Shown in pieces: positions 58,941-64,000 of a stretch of DNA of 64,000 nucleotides (position 1 is its first letter; every line of letters starts with the position of its first letter). This stretch comes from a virus. The notes under the pieces were generated by a model, which saw nothing but the letters and a program-made list of their open reading frames with translations, was not told where the DNA came from and did not search any database. Position numbers and translations under genes: made by a program. Where the stretch lies: positions 9,568 through 73,567 of IMG/VR virus record IMGVR_UViG_3300021180_000008; one strand, written 5' to 3'.

Positions 58941-59632
58941 CTGCCGCTTATCCCGCCTGGCTTAACTTGAAAATCTGCACGCTCTTCATCTTCATCAAAG
59001 GTATCTCTCATGATATTATCAAGATCCCCCTTAAGTCTACTCTTAACCGATTCATCAATACCTTGTCTGGTATTAGCGAGTTCATAAGCAAGCCATTGAA
59101 CAAGAAGTGGTAGGTATCTAGTATTCAAATCCACTTGTTGGTAAGAAGCGTTCACATCCTGAATACGCTTAGCGACAACCATACGAGCTTGATAAGTACC
59201 AAGAGTATCAGGTACAGGCCAAAGAGACAACACAAGACTATTATTCAAGCGTTGAGTAGTAAAGGTATTAGGTCTATTTTGCTGTCCTTGATTAGGAATA
59301 GCATTAAACTTCTCTATACCGTATCTCTGGATAGGAAGAAAAGCTTGTGGATTAGTATTAGGAACAGATACCGTTACAGTTAATATGTCTTGATAACTAT
59401 TATCAAAAGTATATGATTGCTGGGCAGCAACCAGTGTCTGAGTTACAACAGCAAGTTTATTAAGGGGTATATTCTTATTTGCAAGTTGTATAAGAACAAG
59501 ATTAAGGGCACGTCTAGCCTTAGCAGTTTCAACCGCAGTTTGCCATTCACCCCCTACCTTATCGGCAGCTGCTTCTATAATCTCATCAACGTCGATGGAA
59601 AAGGTATTAGTACCTGAGGTAGTGGACGACAT
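58937..59632 (-). CDS. Head-to-tail adaptor
   Basis: TSGT..F.IDV.EIIE.A, ARR.LNL....AN, RP, LWP.PD, LAY.LA. Confidence 0.75.
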   Translation of the reverse strand: MSSTTSGTNTFSIDVDEIIEAAADKVGGEWQTAVETAKARRALNLVLIQLANKNIPLNKLAVVTQTLVAAQQSYTFDNSYQDILTVTVSVPNTNPQAFLPIQRYGIEKFNAIPNQGQQNRPNTFTTQRLNNSLVLSLWPVPDTLGTYQARMVVAKRIQDVNASYQQVDLNTRYLPLLVQWLAYELANTRQGIDESVKSRLKGDLDNIMRDTFDEDEERADFQVKPGGISGR

Positions 59633-59892
59633 ATTGTATCCTTGTTAAGGTGGTAGTGTTAGCATACCGTAGTACCAGAGCTGTTACGCAGCTTCAGCTT
59701 TATCGCAGTCTTCAACAGTACATGGTTCGACTGTTTCATCGGGAAGAGACAGAAGATGGTCACATGCTTGAATAGCACCTTTTGTAGCATTCGCATTAGC
59801 TAAACTTTGATTAGAAGCCGCCAAGTGCTGGTCATATTCAAGTTGAAGTTTAGCTTTGAGTTCTTTTACTTTGTCTTTAGAGAGCATAATTA

Positions 59893-60915
59893 TTAAGCCT
59901 TGTTAATGCAACGCCATTTGGAGGTTGCAGAGTTGTACATGAAAGTGACCGTCAAAGGCAGGGTAGTAGAGCCATTTGAAGTCGTAGGAGCCGTTACTGT
60001 GCTATTCTCAGTGTTCACCCAAGAGATAGTCTCAGCAACACCTGAGAAGTCGTAAATGCGAACCATTGTTACTTGGCCATCTGTAGCACTAGCAGTTGCC
60101 AGAGTAATAGTCATGGTAGCAGCAGAGCTATTGGTAAAGGTGTTCAGACCTGAAGTAACAGGAACCGTACCTGCGTTAGACGTTACTGAAACAACCGTGT
60201 TTGGCTCAGTCAGCAAGGTTGCATTAACTTTAGGACAGGCCGTGGTGCCGCCAATCGTTGCATTGTCGATGGTCAGAATGCCATGCGTCGGAGCATTGAG
60301 AGCCAAGGTTGCTGAAGCACCGTTAGTAATCGTACCAAGGGTCACGTAAGCTGAGCTAGCAGTATTGTAACCTTGAATTAAGGCGGTGTGTCCAGTAGTA
60401 GAATCTGTTTGGATAACACCACCGTTACCAATCAGTACACCAGCGGTTGCCGTAGCAAGGCCAGTGAGGGTGGAGGTAGAGTTCGCAGTGAGAGTTGTAA
60501 CTGTGGCAGCAGCAGGTGTAACACCACCGATAACTGCACCATCAATTGTTACAGCACCGTGCGTAGAGGCTTTAATAGCCAGGGTAGGCGTTGTACCATT
60601 CGTCAGTGTAGCCTGGGCTTCGTAAGCTGTACCAGTCGTGTAGTAGGCTGACAAAGTAGCTGTATGAGCATTCGTAGTGTCAGGTTGCAGAGCCAGACCA
60701 TTACCAAGAGTAATAGAGCCAGTAGTCGCGATCGTCGAGCAGCTAATTGCACCAGAAGCAATAGCAGCAAATGTGTCGGTAAGAAGGTTGAAGCAGCTAT
60801 CAGCTGAGTCAGTGCTAGTCTGTCTAACATTCGCAGGTGTAATATTACCTGAAGTATTATCAGCCAAGAGGCTAGAGATTTCCGATTCGAGTGCCGAGCG
60901 ACTAAGTTGTGTCAT
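59893..60915 (-). CDS. Fibre/decoration protein
   Basis: L.DNTSG.ITP...R N-terminus; C-terminal domain shared with 54516-56096. Confidence 0.7.
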   Translation of the reverse strand: MTQLSRSALESEISSLLADNTSGNITPANVRQTSTDSADSCFNLLTDTFAAIASGAISCSTIATTGSITLGNGLALQPDTTNAHTATLSAYYTTGTAYEAQATLTNGTTPTLAIKASTHGAVTIDGAVIGGVTPAAATVTTLTANSTSTLTGLATATAGVLIGNGGVIQTDSTTGHTALIQGYNTASSAYVTLGTITNGASATLALNAPTHGILTIDNATIGGTTACPKVNATLLTEPNTVVSVTSNAGTVPVTSGLNTFTNSSAATMTITLATASATDGQVTMVRIYDFSGVAETISWVNTENSTVTAPTTSNGSTTLPLTVTFMYNSATSKWRCINKA

Positions 60916-60931
60916 TTATTTATTCCTATTG

Positions 60932-61171
60932 TTAACTAATCAAAAATCCGTTACTAAAGCCATTACTAAAGGCCGGTCTTTGCTGTACTCTCTCAAAACC
61001 ACTACTAAATCCGTTTGAGAACCCAGCAGCTTCTGAAACTCTATTAAACCCGTTGCTGAAGCCGTTACTAAAGCCACCACCTACTTCAATGATATCTCCA
61101 CCTTGTTGAGACACCATAGCACTGATTAAAGCTGGCTGTATCGCAGCCTGTATGGCCTTAATCATCGCCAT
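60932..61171 (-). CDS. Small protein made of FS(N/S)G repeats
   Basis: GFSNGFSNGF...GFSNGFSSGF...AFSNGFSNGF. Confidence 0.6.
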   Translation of the reverse strand: MAMIKAIQAAIQPALISAMVSQQGGDIIEVGGGFSNGFSNGFNRVSEAAGFSNGFSSGFERVQQRPAFSNGFSNGFLIS

Positions 61172-61500
61172 TAGATAAAGCCTTCGACTACCGCAGCACC
61201 ATTAGTGCCAGTCTTGACAACTCTAATGTAAGTCCAGTTACCTTCGATCAAATCGTTAAAATTGGTCGTATAGGTAGCCAGGGTAGTGTAGTCGCTAGCA
61301 GCCAGGCTGTTCAGGAAGGAAAGGCCATTGCCCTTCACATCCTTGGTCGTCGCCTGGATAGCAACAGTATCGCCAGCAGTAACAGTACCATTAATGGGTC
61401 GGACAGAGATCTTCTCATAACGAACATCTAAGTCGAACCACTTGCTGTTACCAGCGGTACTTTGGTTCATTAACGTTTTCCAACGTTTAATACTAGTCAT
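61171..61500 (-). CDS. Small structural protein
   Basis: AAGGA SD; beta-rich with YIRV. Confidence 0.65.
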   Translation of the reverse strand: MTSIKRWKTLMNQSTAGNSKWFDLDVRYEKISVRPINGTVTAGDTVAIQATTKDVKGNGLSFLNSLAASDYTTLATYTTNFNDLIEGNWTYIRVVKTGTNGAAVVEGFI

Positions 61501-61515
61501 CTTTAATCCTTAATA

Positions 61516-61554
61516 AGAAACTCCCAAAGACATTTTAAGCCCAAGGGAGTTTCT
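61516..61554 (-). terminator. Probable intrinsic terminator after the major capsid gene
   Basis: AGAAACTCCC...GGGAGTTTCT inverted repeat with a U-rich tail on the minus strand. Confidence 0.65.
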
Positions 61555-61575
61555 AAATAATCTACCCTTTAGGGA

Positions 61576-62511
61576 TTACGTGCCCTGTGAACCAATCCAT
61601 TGGCGGGGGTCAGTCCAACCAAAGGCGTAACGTTCACGGAACTTAAAGAGCATGTTGTCGGTCAGGAAGTCGATGTCTTCGGAACCTGCAAGAGACTCAC
61701 GAACGAACATCTTCGTACCATTCGGAACCGAGGTCTTAATGAACCACGACTGAGGAGCCGTGAAACGACGGTTCATGTGGATACCGCCGGGGAAGCGACC
61801 ACCAACAATGTTTGGTTGGAAGAGGATACCACCGACGTTTTCCGTACCAGCAACGTTCTTAACCGTTTGCGAAGACGAGAACTCTTGCTTCAGGAGCTTG
61901 TTAGCAACGAACTCAAGTTGTACTGGAATGTGGAGAGATTCCGTACGAGCCGAAATCAGAATGCCACGGTCGTTCTTGAATTGGTTGACAGTGATACAAG
62001 CATTTTCCAAAGCAGTTTCGGAAATGTCAACGTTCATGTAGTTGTTGAAGTTGGTACCGCTTGAAGTGGGGTGAGCCGTAGAGAAGAGAGGAACACCATC
62101 GCCACCATTATAACTGGCGTTAAAGCCGTTATTAAAGATTGCGGCAGCCTTTACCTGCTTCGTGTCAGCCATTGAACGACCAAGTTCTTGAGCCTTAGCA
62201 CGTGCAATATTAGAGTACAGGTCATCGTCAAACGCTTCTTTCGTTACTGCGAAACCGATAGCAACGGTCTCCATAACGTAGCGAGCAGTGAACGTTTCTT
62301 GGATGTCATCGAACGTGACAGCAGCACCTTCCGATTTATTCGGAGCACCGCCCATGCCAGACAGCATGACTTCTTCTTCCCATGAACGAACGCTCTTCAG
62401 CATCTCAAACAAGGGTGCGTGTTCTTCAGGCGTTGCGCCATAAGACATCCCAACGAACTCATGTACACCAGGTACAAGCGACTTGGGAATTAGGCCTCTT
62501 ACAACAGTCAT
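61576..62511 (-). CDS. Major capsid protein (Mu gpT-like HK97 fold)
   Basis: L.PG, S.R..EE, K.EG..V.FD, T.EA..DDLY, A...NNGF...GGDGV.LFST.HP, ERY.FGW.D.R...GS.G. Confidence 0.9.
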   Translation of the reverse strand: MTVVRGLIPKSLVPGVHEFVGMSYGATPEEHAPLFEMLKSVRSWEEEVMLSGMGGAPNKSEGAAVTFDDIQETFTARYVMETVAIGFAVTKEAFDDDLYSNIARAKAQELGRSMADTKQVKAAAIFNNGFNASYNGGDGVPLFSTAHPTSSGTNFNNYMNVDISETALENACITVNQFKNDRGILISARTESLHIPVQLEFVANKLLKQEFSSSQTVKNVAGTENVGGILFQPNIVGGRFPGGIHMNRRFTAPQSWFIKTSVPNGTKMFVRESLAGSEDIDFLTDNMLFKFRERYAFGWTDPRQWIGSQGT

Positions 62512-62540
62512 CTATTTAATCCTTTACTGTCTGTTAATTA

Positions 62541-63392
62541 TTAGCGGTTATTCAGAAGTTCGTCGTTAGTCAGACAGACTTCAACCACGTTGTTCGTAGT
62601 GTCAATGATCTTGACAATCTTCACAGCACTAGCGCTCTTCGATACCGAAGCAAGGTATGTACCAGCAACAACCAAAAGGCTGGAGCTCGCAAGAGGCGTG
62701 TGAGTACCATCAGCAAGGATCAATGAACCACCATCCGTAGTGGAAACTACAAGATAGCTAGAACCATTCAGCGAAGCGGTGATACCTGGAACCGCATTAA
62801 GCAGAGCCAATAGCTGAGCAGGAGTTTGGTTCGTGATAATCGTAATCGTTACTGGGGTCGTATTGACCGAAGTAGAGATGTTGAAAGCCGAACCATTCTG
62901 CAAGCCTGAGAGTGCAGCGTTGTTAGTACCAGTGACGGCCAGAGAACCAGTTTCAGTGACTTGGTTGTTTACCAACATGGTCGAACGGTGAGTGTTGCTG
63001 TCCGGAGCCGTAAGAGTTACGGGGTAGAACAGACCAGTCTTCATATCACCAATCGGATTAACCGTGATCATGTTGTAGGTCGCTTGAGGGTCATCCATTA
63101 CATAAGCAGTAATCGTACCAACAGACGTCTGGCTAGCGGGCCAGTAGTTGTTGAAGTTAGGCTTATTGGTAATAGGGTCCACGAAGTAAACGCCTTGGAA
63201 AACACCCAGGTTGTAAGCGCTATTCGCACCTACTTGGATGTTGTCAGCCGTACCAGTGAGTTGGACAAGATCGCCCACACCTAGCGCAGTGCTGTAACCA
63301 CTCGCAATAGTGTAAGTCGAGAGGGACGCATTGTCCGGACCCGAGCCCACCTTACGAGCCTTATTGAAACCTTTTCTAGGTGCAGTAGCCAT
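62541..63392 (-). CDS. Capsid decoration/cement protein with an inserted domain
   Basis: GF, Y.IASG......GD.V, GVF.G..., V.DDP pattern; directly upstream of the MCP. Confidence 0.7.
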   Translation of the reverse strand: MATAPRKGFNKARKVGSGPDNASLSTYTIASGYSTALGVGDLVQLTGTADNIQVGANSAYNLGVFQGVYFVDPITNKPNFNNYWPASQTSVGTITAYVMDDPQATYNMITVNPIGDMKTGLFYPVTLTAPDSNTHRSTMLVNNQVTETGSLAVTGTNNAALSGLQNGSAFNISTSVNTTPVTITIITNQTPAQLLALLNAVPGITASLNGSSYLVVSTTDGGSLILADGTHTPLASSSLLVVAGTYLASVSKSASAVKIVKIIDTTNNVVEVCLTNDELLNNR

Positions 63393-63422
63393 CTTTGAAT
63401 AACTCCTATAAATTAACTACAT

Positions 63423-63914
63423 TTAGTCTTGGAAAGAGGGCTCTTTATGTGCGACCCTGGTTTTAGTACCAAGATTGCGGAAACCTCTTTTTTCAAGAAT
63501 ATGGACATCAACTGCTGCCAATTCCCTATCCGTTGCTTCTTGAAAGGCCTCTTCACGAGACTTTTTCAAATCTTTATCTACCTTCATCAGACACAAGTCA
63601 CCGGAAATCACCAGGCCTTGTCTGTGTGGCACATCTGCTGAACGGAGTTGTTTACGGTACTTTTCAGGGAGTTCAGTCATATCCACGAACTCGTAACCTT
63701 CATTTTCCCAGTAAGAAAGATTCTTATAATCTTCCGTACCATTCAGTGTCCATCGTACCAAGCGGAGTTCCCAATCATCTTTTGCGAAATGTTCTTTAAC
63801 ATATTCGGGGATCTCGCTAGTCGTATTCCGCTGATAAACCTTTCTACGTTTAGGTGTATCGCGGCCAGTTTCCTCTTGTACTTCGGTCGTAGGGTTGCTA
63901 GGCTTCTTTGTCAT
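63423..63914 (-). CDS. Conserved head-morphogenesis-region protein
   Basis: R.VR....G..D..N......EGYE.V, G.....DL.LMK. Confidence 0.65.
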   Translation of the reverse strand: MTKKPSNPTTEVQEETGRDTPKRRKVYQRNTTSEIPEYVKEHFAKDDWELRLVRWTLNGTEDYKNLSYWENEGYEFVDMTELPEKYRKQLRSADVPHRQGLVISGDLCLMKVDKDLKKSREEAFQEATDRELAAVDVHILEKRGFRNLGTKTRVAHKEPSFQD

Positions 63915-64000
63915 TGTTTTAATCCTTACTTACGCGGAATGATAATTGTGGTGTACCCGTCATCGCGACGATTGGTTTCCATATGCTGTACACGTTGTTT

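Noticed and set aside
1-64000. Stop-codon reassignment
   Set aside because: Core genes are full length under the standard code, and TAA, TAG and TGA all end genes at coupled junctions.

Overview
A 64-kb piece of a lytic-looking, podovirus-type dsDNA phage genome. The spanins imply a Gram-negative host. The + strand arm (1-39,100) carries small early genes, an NAD+-reconstitution pair (Prs-like plus NAMPT-like, the NARP1 layout), two COOH-NH2 amidoligases and a class II glutamine amidotransferase. It continues with a T7-like primase-helicase, family A DNA polymerase, SSB, Cas4-like exonuclease, GIY-YIG/HNH nucleases, PhoH and a lysis cassette. The - strand arm (39,100-64,000) carries the major capsid protein, adaptors, several tail fibres and internal virion proteins, including a 2,021-aa protein with a transglycosylase domain. 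No integrase, RNA polymerase, canonical tRNA or CRISPR array was seen. The most striking signal is non-coding RNA structure. An ORF-free ~635-nt block with many nested helices is closed by a perfect 24-bp terminal stem and sits between the two amidoligase genes. There is also a complete type II hammerhead ribozyme, an anticodon-less tRNA-like element inside a 19-bp stem, and a pseudoknot/anti-SD switch in front of a probable ATT-initiated exonuclease. All assignments come from reading motifs and base-pairing by eye; no database search or folding program was run.
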